DNA from: Rotaria socialis
Taxonomy: Eukaryota
Assembly (NCBI GenBank): GCA_905331295.1
Contig: CAJNYD010000062.1
Location: 372,001 to 436,000, forward strand
Direction of reading: 5' to 3'
Length of the DNA: 64,000 bases
This document shows, in pieces, positions 44,502 through 58,598 of the stretch (position 1 is the stretch's first letter; every line of letters begins with the position of its first letter). A program made the position numbers and the translations under genes. A model generated the notes under the pieces. That model ran no database searches, was not told the origin of the DNA, and saw only the letters and a program-made list of their open reading frames with translations.

Positions 44502-46046
44502 ACTTTACTTTGCTTTCTATGAATTTCATGACAAACAATCTGCGAATTTTTTCTCGTGTCTATTAGTCGTGTATTAAAAAGAAAAGCATAAAAGAAATGT
44601 ATAAGTGTGTCATCTATTTCTTGTTTTGCCTTGCTTGTTGTTGTGTCTGGTTTTGTTCACTATTTAATATATCTATGTGTCTGTGCTTTTTACTCTTATC
44701 TGCACAATCTTCTAAGCATATTATGAGCACTTTTTATTTATTTTTTGTTAATCAAAAGATTTGCTTTATTGATAGATGAAAATACATCATATTTTCTTAT
44801 TTGCATTGGAATTGTTTCCATGTTGTCTGTGTTAGAGTTTATTCACTGATGCAATATTAATATTGTTTCTGTCTTTATTATTATTATTATTAATTTTTTG
44901 TTATTTATCTGTATAATTCTACTCGTGTATTTTATCATCGCGATTAAAACGAATTTAGAAAGTATGTTAATTGGAACCTTTTTTTCTCTCGAATGTTTAA
45001 TTGCTGATCACGTCAATTAGAGATTATCGTTACTTGATCATGAGTACGATTGAATTAAATTCAGTAGAAAAATATACGATAGACTAGACCTTGAAAAGTG
45101 TGATGTACGAAAATGAGACTATTTTAGATGGGCAACTAGATGTTTTCGAGAGATATAGGAGAAATAGAGATTGCTAAAGAAGAGAATTTGTTTCGTTGTG
45201 CATAGAAATAAATTGATTGAGTTGATACTGAATTGAGTTTTTACGAGACGCTTTTCCTAAGTGATAAATTGCTTTTCGAATAAGTCGTCAGTTATTAGAT
45301 AGGGTTTGTTGCGACTAATAAAAGACTAAAAGGATTCATGTTCACGGATATTTCTTCGTCACTGATGATAATATCAATGGATTTTTCGACATGATGAAAA
45401 AAGGATGTGTAGAGCAGCTTGGTGGTAATGCTGTTAGCTATATGTTCTATTATCATAAAATATGATCCATAAATGTACGAATATGTTTTCTTCGTGTAGT
45501 AGAAATTTTCACATTTTTGTATAGTTCCGAAAATTGATTTTGAAGGTGATCGAAAATATGACTGTTTGTGATCGTTGCTAGTCCATGAAGGAAGAAAAAG
45601 AATAATAGCAAGCCAAAACTTCAACTTTATCAAGCTTGACTATTACAGTAGAGCTACGCAGAATGCAATAAATAAAATTTGCTGGCATAGTGAAAAATGT
45701 CAACAATAATCAGAAATACTTCAACTTTAGGATCCTACCCACTGAAAAATTTTAGGGATTAAAATCGACTATTATTTCGAAATCCTATGGGCATAATCCA
45801 AATTGGTAATCGGATTTTTCTGCAACAAAATCAAAATTTTAATCGACTGAAATAGAGATTCCAATCAACATCAATCGATTATTCGTACCCGACAATCGAC
45901 TGAGAGCGATTTCAATTTCGATTCTAATCGATTAAAATTTTGATTTTGGCGTAGAATAATCCGATTGATAATTTTGATTATTATCAATAAAACTCAATTA
46001 GAAAAATATAATAATCAATTGGTACAATTGTGACTCATGAAAGTTA

Positions 46047-47058
46047 GCTCTTGTCGGACTCACGCACATAAGTTTATTTATAGATTAAGAGAACGTTTTC
46101 AAGAAATATCAATCGGACAGATCAGACGGTGTCGTTTAGGAAAACTGGATCACATCAACACTGTTACTATGAAATAGAGAAACTTGCGAAGTTTATTATC
46201 AGTGCTCTATAAGGAGCTAGTTAACTTTTGGGCCAAAGGAAGAAGCCATCTATAAGGGTGCTTTTAGAACTTACCCCTGGATTGCATAGACATAGGATGG
46301 AACCGTAAATTCCCCATAAGTTCCGTTCTTAAAAAATACTATCGGCTCACCAACATCTACCGTTTCTAAATACCATTGAAAAACTTTCAAAGTCGACTTT
46401 CTTTTTCAAACTGAATAGTTAGGCGAAGACGTAAGGTATCAGAAACAGTGGATGTTAGTGAGTTGATATTATTTTTTAAGAGCAGAACTTATGGAGAATT
46501 TGCGGCTCCATCTTATGTCTATGCAATCTAGGGGCAAGTCCGAAAAGCATCCTTATAGATGGTTTCTGTGCCGATATTGATGGCACGCTTCGATGATTCT
46601 CCTTCCTTTTCTTTCTGTTCTCTTTCCATTGTTCTAATGTATCTCTCTCCTGTCTCTCTTCTATCTCTCTCCTATATACACGTGCGTCATGTATGAAGTT
46701 GTTACACTCTGGAGATGTCAGATGACACAATACACCATCATGCCGACGGGCATAGGCGACACTCTAGTTTTGTCGTTACACTTGGGATAACTTGAAGTAG
46801 CCTAATAAACATCTTTGCCGAGCGTGGCACAAGCTACTCTAATCTAGTTGTTCGTTACAGTTTCTTCGTTTGACTCAAAAGTTAACTAGCTTCTTATAGA
46901 GCACTGATGATAAACTTCGCACGTTTCTCTACTTCATAGTAACAGTGCTGATGAGATTCAGTTTTCCTAAACGACATCATTTAATCTGTCTGATTCATAT
47001 TTCTTGAAAATATTTTCTTAATCTATAACTAAGCTTACGTGTGTGAGTCCTACAAGAG
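46047..47058. repeat. Nested long inverted repeat (A-B-spacer-B'-insert-A')
   Basis: Outer arms of ~200 bp at 46047-46247 and 46860-47058. Inner arms of ~95 bp at 46240-46336 and 46472-46567. The arms are diverged but clearly alignable. Confidence 0.85.
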
Positions 47059-49304
47059 TCATAAGTTAAATCCATTGACACAACTTGAATCTATTTCAAG
47101 GCATTCTCAGATTATCTAAGTTACAATTATATATATTTCCAGTAAAATGGTGAGGGGAAAATAAATAGAGACGTTTTAATATAAAATTCTGACTACGATC
47201 TGATTTTACATGTGATTACTCCTTCCTTTTTAGCGAGTGATATTTATTGAAACTCTATTTTAACATACAATTTACTACAATTTCTTCTCTCATTTCTATC
47301 ACGAGTATTCATTGGAGCAATCCCCACAAAATTCTCAAGAGCCCCTTTATTTTTCCTCACGTTAGAAATCTTTTAGTAAAAGTGTTTATAATTTCAATTA
47401 TTCATTAAAGACCATTAAAGAGAATATTTTATTATTAGATTCAAAATAAAATAAAATGTGGTGACATGCTTTCAATTAAACAAAAAAAAGACTAATATCA
47501 CATTTAAGGAACCCGGTGGAGTGCTTTTTATCTGAAGATCAAGTAGAAGTTCAAATAAATTAAGAATTTTAAATATCTAGCAATAAATTCTTATATCATA
47601 GTATACCACAGTTCAACCAGAAACGTTGATCTATTTCTGTAATGAAAACCTAAATATATCTACTCTGTATTCTTTAGTTGCCTGTTCACCTTTGAAAAGC
47701 GGCTACTTCTGTATTATCACGAGATAGCATATTTAGAAGGAACCCAGGTACAATTCTACTAAATATGAGAAGAAGTTTTTGTATAAGAACGGTTTAAATC
47801 CTATCAGAATAATGATCTAAGAGTGAAGAACGGCTGTGTAAAATATGTTTATCTTGACTCAGCTGCTGTTTAAATCGTCAAAATGTTTCGTGTACAAGTT
47901 TCTTTCAGAATTTACTGACCTTCTGAAGAAAAATAGCAAATATTTCATGGTTCTCTGATGAATTCATAAGGATCAAAATCGAAAAAATCAAATGTTTTAG
48001 CTAGGACTGTTAACTATAAATTGCATGCAACATTTTCTTGCCTGTCAATCAATTGTAGTCGATGATCACTTGTTAATTAAATGAATGCATAAACATAGAA
48101 AGCGAACGCTTCTTCTTGATAGTCAAGTGTTTAACACAAAACTTTTACGATTTTTTCATTTCTGATGTTTAAAATTATAGTTATTAAACTATTAAAATTT
48201 CACAGATAACCTAAATTTGAAGCTTCGATATAAATTGTTTTGAACTTAGATGGCAATATGACAAAATCAATCGCTTAAAAATATTAAAATTCGATTGCGA
48301 TTAACTTAAAACTTTTAATCGGTTTCAATTCGTCCTATGTAGATACTTAACGTTTTATGTATAGCATACTGGTCTAAATACATAGTGATGATAGAGCTGA
48401 TATTGTTTTATATTTTACTCATATAATGTGTGCTTTCTACTTATATAATACTCTCAGAGAGTTTAAATACGTTTTTTGTTTCTTTTAGTAGTATATTTAC
48501 AGCTAGTAACATCTATAAGAAATGTCGAATCACAGAATACTTGTGTATTTTATATCGGAGAACTGAAAAAGAAGTATATTAGTATAATTATAGTATGCAT
48601 CTTGATTTATTCTTATACTAAAGTCAAAAGTATTAGTAAAAGTTGTGAAAAATAACAAAAAACAATTCTGTCGAAAAAATTATTTGAGAAATTTGCCACC
48701 AATGATAGCTCTCCTTCAATATAAACTAATTATAAGTTTTATGACACATAAATGACATTTAGAATATCTACAATGACTTTTTGAATCGTAAGCTAAGTGC
48801 ATTACCTGCAGTTCGAATGTGAGTCATCTATCATTGGACTACATACCATTATAGGAACAGATTTAAGTTACAATCATTACTACTTAGTAAATTCCCTTAA
48901 TATTTAGTGTTTTAAATACGTTACGATCCACTAAAATCGGCTTTTCGAGCAAATTTCAGTTGCAGCTGCAGTAATTAAAAATAACCGATTGATCATCACT
49001 CAATTCGATTGTAAAAGATTGGGATTTTAATGGATTAAGAATATTTTAATCGGTTGTATGATTAAAATCTGATTCAGAAGAGTTAATCACATGCAATCGA
49101 TTCCTAATCACACAACTCGATTATGAAAGATTAAGATTTCAATCGATTAAGAAGATTTAATTGATTATAGAATTAAAATCGGTTTCAACTACAGTAATTG
49201 CAAACAATCGGTTGATAATCTACCAATTTGATTTTTAGAAATTCGTATTTCAATCGGTTGAGAAGATTTTAATCCATTGACGAATTGAAATCTGGTCTTA
49301 GATA

Positions 49305-49596
49305 CCCAGGCTGATCAAAACGGACTCGTTTACGGTCTGTTTGTCGACGGTAAACGATGTCAAAACGGTATCTTTACGGCAGTAAATATAGGCCATATTT
49401 GCCCGTAATACCTGGCGCAGTAATACGACACCGTAAACGGGACTGAATTTTCATGGTTTACGGCTGCTTGCGCTCCGTACTCTCATGATAATACGATCCG
49501 TATTACTGCGCCAGATATTACGGCAAAATTTCGCCCGTAAAATAGTCGTAAAGTAACCGTCAATAGCCGTATACGGACCGTACTGATCGACCTGGG
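49305..49596. mobile_element. CCCAGG-terminal MITE with CCGTA/TACGG repeats, nested in the right end of the 4.2-kb element
   Basis: TA|CCCAGGCTGATCA...TGATCGACCTGGG|TA. It interrupts the AATCGATT repeat field and is related to 29308-29702. Confidence 0.82.
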
Positions 49597-50269
49597 TACC
49601 CTACTTAAAAAAATCGATTGTTGATCAATCAATTCGATTGTAAAAGATTTTGATTTAAATCGACAGAGAAAATTTTAATCGATTGTAGAATTAAAATCAG
49701 GTTCAAGTAAGTTATTTCGAAAGAGCCGATTGACAATTCATCAATTTGATTTTCACAGATTGAAATTTCAATTGATTAGGAAGATTACAATCAATCGTTC
49801 GATTAAAATTAGATTTTCAGGGGTAAATCATCAATAATTGATTGAATAGATTGAAATTTTAATCGGATTATATTACAAAAAGAGGTAATTTGGGTCGAGA
49901 AATCGGATTTGCTCAACCATAATCAAAAATAATAACGATTTTGTGAGGAATATTTTTCACTGGGTACCATAGCTATCAATGTAATTGTTGATACTGTCAG
50001 AACTGAAAATAATGAGTCGTAGTCCAAAATTCAGTTCATACTCATCACTTTCCGAGAATTTTATCTTCGTCTTTTATAATGTGTTTTTGTATGTTGTTAG
50101 CGCCAGTAGATGACACTCACTGACGCTAAACGTTTCTTCGTATTATCTTTTGCTATGATCTCTATTTTGATTTGTTACGTAATATTTCTACTATGACTAA
50201 TCCTCGGGATTGATTTTCGTTCGCTATTACGCAGTTGTTGGTTTTTCTTCTTCCCAGTTATTATCAGTG

Positions 50270-50272
50270 TTA

Positions 50273-50307
<35 letters not shown>
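50270..50307. repeat. (TTA)n microsatellite
   Basis: Directly visible TTA run. Confidence 0.9.
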
Positions 50308-53300
50308 CATCTTCCATATTATTATATTATTCATTGATGATTATTGTTATAGTTCTTCATTAGAAAATATAATATATTAAAATATATTATTCTATTAAAT
50401 ATATAACCATGTTACGACAACAAAGTACGGCAGCCAGTCTATATAAGCTCTCTAATTGTTTAGCAGACTAACTATTAGTTCTACTATTATACATTCCGCA
50501 AACGAGAGCCTTTGCATATGCACAATGAAATATGATTGTTTATCAATGTAATCTTTCATGTTTATCATTCTCGTTTAATCGGGTTCAATCTTAAATACGT
50601 ATATATAACCATGAAAACTAGATTTAAAAATAGAATCAAAAGTTCTTTTGTAGCGCTATTATGGCGGCACTAGCCAGTATTGTAAATATTCAATCCTGCT
50701 ATTTCAAGACTCTTTAATTATTGAGACTATTACCAATACTAATGAATACTCAACATTAAAGAGTACTCAATAAAAAAGAACGCATGTTGAACTTTCGATC
50801 TATTTTTTGTGTGACTTCATGCTCTCAGTATCAGTGAACTTTGATAGTTGATATCTATCAAAATACTATCAAATTTCGTTAATAAAGTGTGACAAATAAA
50901 GTATTTGTCTATAAGGTAACCCAATTAATTATAATAAGAAATCCAATTAAAAACTAACTCAAGGATTAAAACTTAGAAAAAAGAAAAAGAAAATCCAATG
51001 GAATGAGTAATTATGTCACTTACTATTTTCGATACATTTTTTTTCATATTGGCTAATATAACTAGTATGCTCGGACAATGAACTATAAAGATTATTTTTC
51101 AAATAGCTAAATAAAACATCTTAGTCGTTGAAATTTTGTTATCGAAAATAAAATAATAGATTAATCATATGAATGATTGCATTCAAAAGTAAATAGTTTC
51201 TGCTCTTACAAATAAATCTTAACCTCAGACTGAGAAAAAAAGAAATATGTTACAGTCATAAATAATTCAATTGATGATCCCACTAGAGAAACATCCTGAT
51301 TGCACTACATAGATTTAACTATGTTTTCATATTACTAGTCTACACTTCATGTGTTTGTTTTACTCGATATTTCGTAACGAAATTTCTAGATTTTTATACA
51401 TATTTTAAAAGAAAATTAAAAATAGAATACATAATTAGTAAATATAAATGAATGGAAGATACTTTATCGGGAGCACACTTTGCTGCGAGCAGAGTAAAAC
51501 ATGATGGTAATTAACTTGAAAATTTCCACGTCAATTTCAATAAACTCTTCATAAAACAAAACTTAATTATTTAACACTTGCACACTGTATGCGTCTAATT
51601 TGTTTTTCAGCTCAAAACATTATACATAACTTCACATCTGTTTGAGCAAAATTTAGTTAATTATTGTAAAGAATGCTCGTTGTTCAAATATGCTTTGATG
51701 TCATTTACGACAAACAATACTATTGAATAATTATATTCCTCTTTTTGCTGATATAATGACGCCATTCAGACTTCGTGACAATGCTAAATTTGTGATTAAT
51801 AGCAAAATAATTAGATGAATACTACTCAAACTCATTTGTGCTTCCGTATATCGCGTTGTACTCATGTCGGACTTTGGAATAAACAAGATGGCGATATTCA
51901 ATAGCGATCAAGTCTTAGGTGAAACGCTCAAGATATTCGTATGGATGACTTTATATCTTTGAAAAATTTTGTTTTCTCTATTAGGATCGTCGCAATCTCT
52001 GTCGTGTGAATCCTGATGTTCGCGGAACAGATCTGTCTATCATCATTTTTACTTATTGACATTCGAATAATTTTATGATTTTAATTGCTTTATTAAGAAA
52101 GAACTTAATTTTCGATTTAGAAGAGAAAGCGAACTGAAGTTTTTGAATCCCTGTTATGTCTATTATACACCTATACAGGTTCAATCGAAAAAGGTTCTAG
52201 AGCTGAATTATAAGCGCTCCAATAAATTTTCGGTCAACTGTTAGGTGTTAATAGGAAAATCACACTATGAAATTTCAACTGAAAATGAAATCCATAGATA
52301 AGTTTAATAACTCTAGGAATATTTTAACGCTCTCAGCTGAACAGAATTTAAATTATTAAGATATTGAATTTTGTAATATATATAATCGCTTGGCACACAT
52401 ACGTCATCAATATTGCGTGTTGATCAATCCAAAACTTGTATGATATTTCGTACGTTGGTTTTCTAGAAACTGTGTAACATGAATTGAAAATATAGGAAAA
52501 CATTCGCAACTCTGTTTCGCAGTTCCATGGAGGACGAATCATTTAAAAGTATTACCATGATTTTCTTCTAAGTTCAAATGATGAGTACTCAGGTTCTGAA
52601 AAAAAAAGACCGAATTCTTTTTTCTATAAGAACATTCATGAAGCCCGCTTTTTTCTACAAAAAATTAATATTGCATTATGTAAATTTCAATTGCATGATG
52701 TTTTCAGGATTATTCGAGGTTATAGTGCAAAAACTCGAGTAAAAATTTTGACCATATCCCATGATTCGAACTGGAATATGCAGCAAATAAAAATTTGGTT
52801 ATCCTGACACAATGAAGTATCCTGCTGACCTTCATTTTGTATAACATTTTTTTTATTCGATAAGCTGTGTAGGGTGCAAATAACCTACAGTGATTTGCTA
52901 CTTTCTATTTCTACAAAGAGAAGTAAAAGATGAAAAAGTCACTATCTCGAAAAGAATCTCAAACATGGCGTTCTCATTATATTAGAGTTCTTGTACATGA
53001 TAGTAACAAAGCTTATTTAATAAAATGGTCTCTGACATGCCTGGCATCTTGACATCTTCATTAAAAGAATGCATTGAAAAGTCATTAGTCATGATAAAGC
53101 TTCTTCAATAGTTTTGTGATGCTTGATCAAAAACTCTTGAGTTAAGAAAAGGCAAAAAGATTTACAAGCTTTGTGGAAAATAACCACTTTTCTAAACAGA
53201 AAATTACGAAACATATCATTTATAGAAATCAAGATTTTAGACTGTATTCTATCAATATCTATCAATATTAATATGTTTAATGAAAAGTTACTTTTCTATT

Positions 53301-54135
53301 GATTAAAATAAAATACATAGCCTAGCCGATGGTCCAATATTAGATATGCTCATTCTCGCTAGTCACGTTTGACTACTTAGCACCATGAAAACTTTGCAAA
53401 AATGACTTTGACCTCCATTATATGTAACGTGTAATTATATTATTGTATAGATATCGCAAACACGCCATAAATAAAAAATTGATACGTAAAAATACGATTC
53501 CACGTTTAACGTCTCACGGACTAGTGCTTGGAACGCGCAGAAAATAATTGCTGATAAGTCGCTGAATTATGATGTTTTCCTTAATGACAAATGGATCATT
53601 AAAATCAATTATTAAAAAAAAGAAGAGTCTATCTCTAGTTGATGTCGTTCGTATTTTAAGGAGCAAAAATCTTTAATCCTATGACATGTCCTATCACGCA
53701 TTGTTAATGAGTGTTAAATTAAAAGCTATTATTATAATTTCCCACTATATTTATAAATCACTGTTCTAGATAAGAATTTTTACTTTCAAAGGAATATTTT
53801 CTCGATTAATAATCGTTTCTAAATGAAATCGATTACTTATAAATATTTTTAAAATTATTTTATCTTCAAAATTCAAAGCGCTAAAAATCCAGTTAAACTA
53901 AATTTCGTTCAATATTCATCATATCGAATAAGAGTTGGGGTTATGTTTTTTAAAAGCAACAAAAGTATAAGTTTTATTAAAATCTAAGGCAATCAACATG
54001 TTCAAATTTATTATTTTCAGCAACGCCTTTCTTTTCTTCAAAAATCGACATCGAACGTAAAATAGTAGTAATGCACTACCATATATATATCTAGATATAT
54101 AGGTATTCTTTCGCATGTAAAGCTTCGAATGTTCA

Positions 54136-55672
54136 CTAGGATATTTGTAATATAGATTGCATTAACGGAGCAAACTTTTTATTCGGAGCGTCTTTTTTAG
54201 TAATAGTTTCTTTTGTTTCTCTTGCAATTGAATGACATTTCATACAACAGAATATAAGACGAGAAAAAAGGCTTGCCGTTTGATCATCACCAAAACGAAC
54301 GTTTAAATAGTTCCACAAAAGGCGAATGTAAACGTTTTGAGCATGAAATACTCTTTGCGATTCGATTAATGCTGGTTCAGTGTAATCAGCCCCTTTAGAG
54401 AAAATTATAATTAATATCAATAATTTCATTATTAAATGGTCATTGCAACATAGTTTTTGTAGTTCATCAGTTAAATCTATTGTTCTAATATAAATAGCAT
54501 CGGAATAATTACGTAATTCACTGGCATGATAACAGAAATCATTTGGAGTATTTGGTTCATGAAAAATTCCACTATTGATGTCGGTACATATACAAAAATG
54601 TATAACTAATATCGCCATTAAGTTATGCTTCACAAGTACAAGTCTATCATCTTCATGTAATGACTGAAATATATCGATGAACAATAATTGAAAAGCAAAA
54701 ACAAAAGATTAAAAACCTACATTAAATTCTTGTGTCAGTTTTAAAAGTGTTATCATTCGTAAAGCACTTATATGAGCTGGCTCATTGAGTACATCAACAA
54801 AATCATTCAGATTTCTTAAACATGGATTATCATAACCTTTTATAACCGAAATGTTTAATCGAACAGCTTGAGTATAATGTTCTTCAATTGTAGTCAATAA
54901 AGAGCGGTCATTATCTTGTAAAAAATATTTATATTCATTTGAATCTTCATCGAATGTGTCGTCACAATTTTCGAAAGAAAATTGGGAATGTTTATCATCG
55001 GGTACAATTAATGGTGAATATGATGATTTCGATAGCATCGATAAACTTTGTGATATAGCACGTAAACGACGATTATCTTCTATTTTTTGTTTTTTTGTAC
55101 GCTTTTCTTCTTCGGACATGATCCATTCTTTGCGCAACCCTTTATTAAAGCATTTTTTTAGACGACAATATTTGCATCTCTAAAATAAATGAAATTATCT
55201 TTATTGAAATGGTGAATCTCAATTTTGTTGTTTTGCCACGAACTTTTCGTGTTTCTAACGTTATAACACAATCATTTATACCAGCCCGGCATTTTAGTCT
55301 ATTCTAAAATTTGTGAAAACAAAATAAAGTCCGATGATAATGTAAGTCAAAGATATCAATCATAATTTACCGAATTATTCAGTGCATTTCGTCGAAAAAA
55401 TGCTTTACAACTTTCACATGTTATTTGATCGAAGTTGTAACCTTAGAAGATAAAAATGCAAGCACATCAAAATAAATACGAAATACACAAGGAAAAAAAT
55501 CACACTAATAAATAGAGTATTTATTCTTACCCATAGCGGGTGCATGACACACTACGCAAATAAGGTCATGTCGATCGCGTTTACGAAAGTTTCCATTAGA
55601 ATATGAACGTTTTCGATGTTGTTGCCGCATGTCTGTTGTGTTTATGGTTGGTACTCTACGATCTGATTGCAT
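54136..55672 (-). CDS. Nuclear hormone receptor, HR96/DAF-12 (NR1J)-like, copy A, multi-exon
   Basis: ATG at 55672. DBD: CVVCHAPAM|GYNFDQITCESCKAFFRRNA, second finger LKCRAGINDCVITLETRK|RCKYCRLKKCFNKGLRKEWIMSEEE. LBD: KLTQEF..LHEDDRLVLVK, ending PLMQSILQIS*. Confidence 0.9.
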
Positions 55673-57122
55673 TGTTCATATGGAAAAGGGTCTTTCTTTT
55701 TGTTTTAGATGTTTTTAAGTTTTAACTAAAATTAAACAAAGAAAAGTTTCAATGCATTACAGTACCACATATGCACACGCACTGAAACACAACTAGAAAG
55801 GTTTTACGTGAGTTTGTATGTAATTGTTTTGTCAAGAAAAATAAGGAAAGAAAGAGAATGGCAATGGAGTACAAGATCTAGACAACTGATAGAACAGAAA
55901 ACGAGAGAAAAAGAAAAATACAAAAATAATAGAACGACGAGTCGGCAACGATTCACATTGACGATGTATTTATTTGCCCACGAAATGAATTTATACATAT
56001 ATACATTGAGACAGGGGAATAATCTTACTAAGTGTAGTATTGTTAACGAAAAGCATTTTGAATATTTAGACAATTATTTTCTCATATAATTTAAGTGCAA
56101 TAAAGATTCGACAATCGTGACTCAAAGATAAGTTATCAATAAACGTTGACAGATTCTTTTTACTTTCAAGGACATGAACTTAATCAGTATCATTAGAATT
56201 TAAAAATAAACTCGAGTCTAATCGAAAAATATCAGTAGGCAACTAGTCATTCTATTACAATTCATTCAGTATAGATAACTCTTTAAAAGTCTTTCCACTT
56301 GATCCCGGAAGAAATTATACTCCTTAGTTTTATGTAACTTTCTCGGTATTATATTATAAAGATTCGACTTTCATCATTCTTCTCACTCATTAAAAAATGC
56401 AAAAATAGATATCTATGTGAAACATACATGTAATTTATACTGCGATACGACAAAAAAAACAAAAATTGATATCCGTGTCTATCCTGTGATTTTCGTCCAA
56501 GTTTTATGTCTCTTTTAATTCTCTAAAAAGTTAATTGCTACGGGAATTCATACATTATTTAAATAGTATTAAACAGTGTTCATTATTTTTGACCTAAATC
56601 TTGATAGGTTCTGACAAAAGCATCCTATTGTTTTTCTGAGATAAGCAAAAGCATGTACCATAAGGGTTCTATGCAGTGGAGACTATATCATATTTTTATA
56701 TTATTCTATTCAAATAATCTATGTGCTAACGGTAATAACATTTCTTCGTAGAGTTAGAATCAACATTAGTTCGCTCTTGGTAATTTCTCGCATAGGGAAG
56801 AACTCAAAAGACTCTCGTAGAATAAATCGGATTATTAAAATAAATTAGTCAGCAGTACCTAAACACGATGTTTTATCAGTTAATGTGAACTATCGTGTCT
56901 CAAAAATTTCGATGCGTCTCATTCATAAAACTTTTCGTCGATCATTTTCTAATGGAAACAGTTAAAATTTTTATATGATTTATTATTTTTAGTTTGAGCA
57001 AAACAACAAGCAACAACATTACTTCATGCCAATAAACTACACATACGCGCAATAACAGTAACAGAAATATACATATTCATATTGGAAGAAGCAGAAAAAA
57101 AATATACATGTACGATCCTATT

Positions 57123-58598
57123 CTAGACGATTAATGTCACTGATTTCATAAGTGGTACAAGTTTATCTGCCACGAACTCATTTTTAATATAATTCTGTCG
57201 GATATTGTACGCTTGAAAATGTATATCTATTGATGATGTAACAAGCTTTAACCAGATCTTTATTGTTTTTGCAAAACCGAATTTTTCTTCACAATATTTC
57301 CATAATAAATCAATGAAAATATTCTGTGCACGATATATAGACAATATATCTTTCACAATCGGTTCAACTGCATCGATATGTGTCAATAATGATGAACCCT
57401 TGGAAAATAATATAATTATTAATAATATCTGTATAATAAGACGATCATTTTTCGATGCATCTAATAGTCGAACTATAGCACGTGTTAATTGCACATATTG
57501 AAATAGACTAAAGCATTGAATGAAATCTCCACCGGAAAAAACACAATCATCTGTATCTTGCTCATGGTAACTATCTGTTGATTGATTGTAACCTAATGCT
57601 GAACGCATAAATACTAATGCAAATGTATTATATTTAATTAAAATAAATTTATCATCTTCGTCTAACGAAGTAAATTCTGGCATTAATTTAAAATAGGTAA
57701 TAAGGCGTAATGCTTGAATATTTGCTGGAAAATTTAACATATCCCATGGAGCTTGTATTCTTGCTGTATGTGGATACGAAGGAATTGAAGATGGTAATGT
57801 TACTAGTCGAACCGAATCTTTATAGACGTTTTGAATCTGTTGAATTTTATCTAAATCTGCATATGGTGATAATATTGAAAATAGAAAATGAGAAAGGTTT
57901 GGATCTTCAATTTTAACGGGCTTTCTTCTCAATTCGACAGGTGATGACTAGAAAAAAAACCAAGAGTCAAAAACAACTTTCTTCTAATTACTATACCTCG
58001 TCCGATTCCATTGAATTCGATGAAAAGATTTGACGAAGACGACGATTTTCTTCAATTTTCAACCTTTTCTTTATACGTTCTTCTTCGGACAATATCCAAT
58101 CGGCTCGCATACCTAAAAATCCAGAAGATCGATTCCTATAATTTCATTTTAGCAAAAATTAAAAAAGAAGACCTTTCTCCAAACATTTTGCCAATCGACA
58201 TGCTTTACATCGTTTTCGTGTTGTTACCGTTATATGACATTGACCATCAAGAGCACGACATTGAAGTTTTTTCTAACGAATAAAAATTCAAAATAAATAA
58301 TTTTCATATTATCAATTACAATATCGCTAACACATACGCCAGATCTTAAACCATTACGTCGAAAGAATGCTTTACATGATTCACATGAAATAGCATCGAA
58401 ATTGTAACCGAAAGCTGGTCCATCACAAACAGAACATAGTAATCGATCAGATTTTTTCCAGATAGAATTATTATGATTCTCTGGTTGTGAGCAGTCATGT
58501 GTAGGAAATAGGTCATCTCTATTATTACTTTTGCTTGCGGCAATATTATACTGACGATGAAGGACTCGTTTGCGACGATGTGTACTGGTTGGATGCAT
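57123..58598 (-). CDS. Nuclear hormone receptor, HR96/DAF-12 (NR1J)-like, copy B, multi-exon
   Basis: DBD: CSVCDGPAFGYNFDAISCESCKAFFRRNG and LQCRALDGQCHITVTTRKRCKACRLAKCLEK|GMRADWILSEEE. LBD: FKLMPEFTSLDEDDKFILIK, ending PLMKSVTLIV*. Confidence 0.92.

Larger units (their letters stand above)
45738..49964. mobile_element. ~4.2-kb non-autonomous CACTA/EnSpm-like element with AATCGATT subterminal repeat fields, carrying nested elements
   Basis: Ends CCCACTGAAAAAT / ATTTTTCACTGGG with TA on both flanks. AATCG/CGATT repeat fields lie at 45760-45980 and ~48935-49940. No transposase ORF was seen. Confidence 0.65.

Noticed and set aside
51470..53260. Patches resembling decayed exons downstream of receptor A (a possible fourth receptor)
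   Set aside because: No zinc-finger or LBD motif is recoverable, and there are multiple stops.
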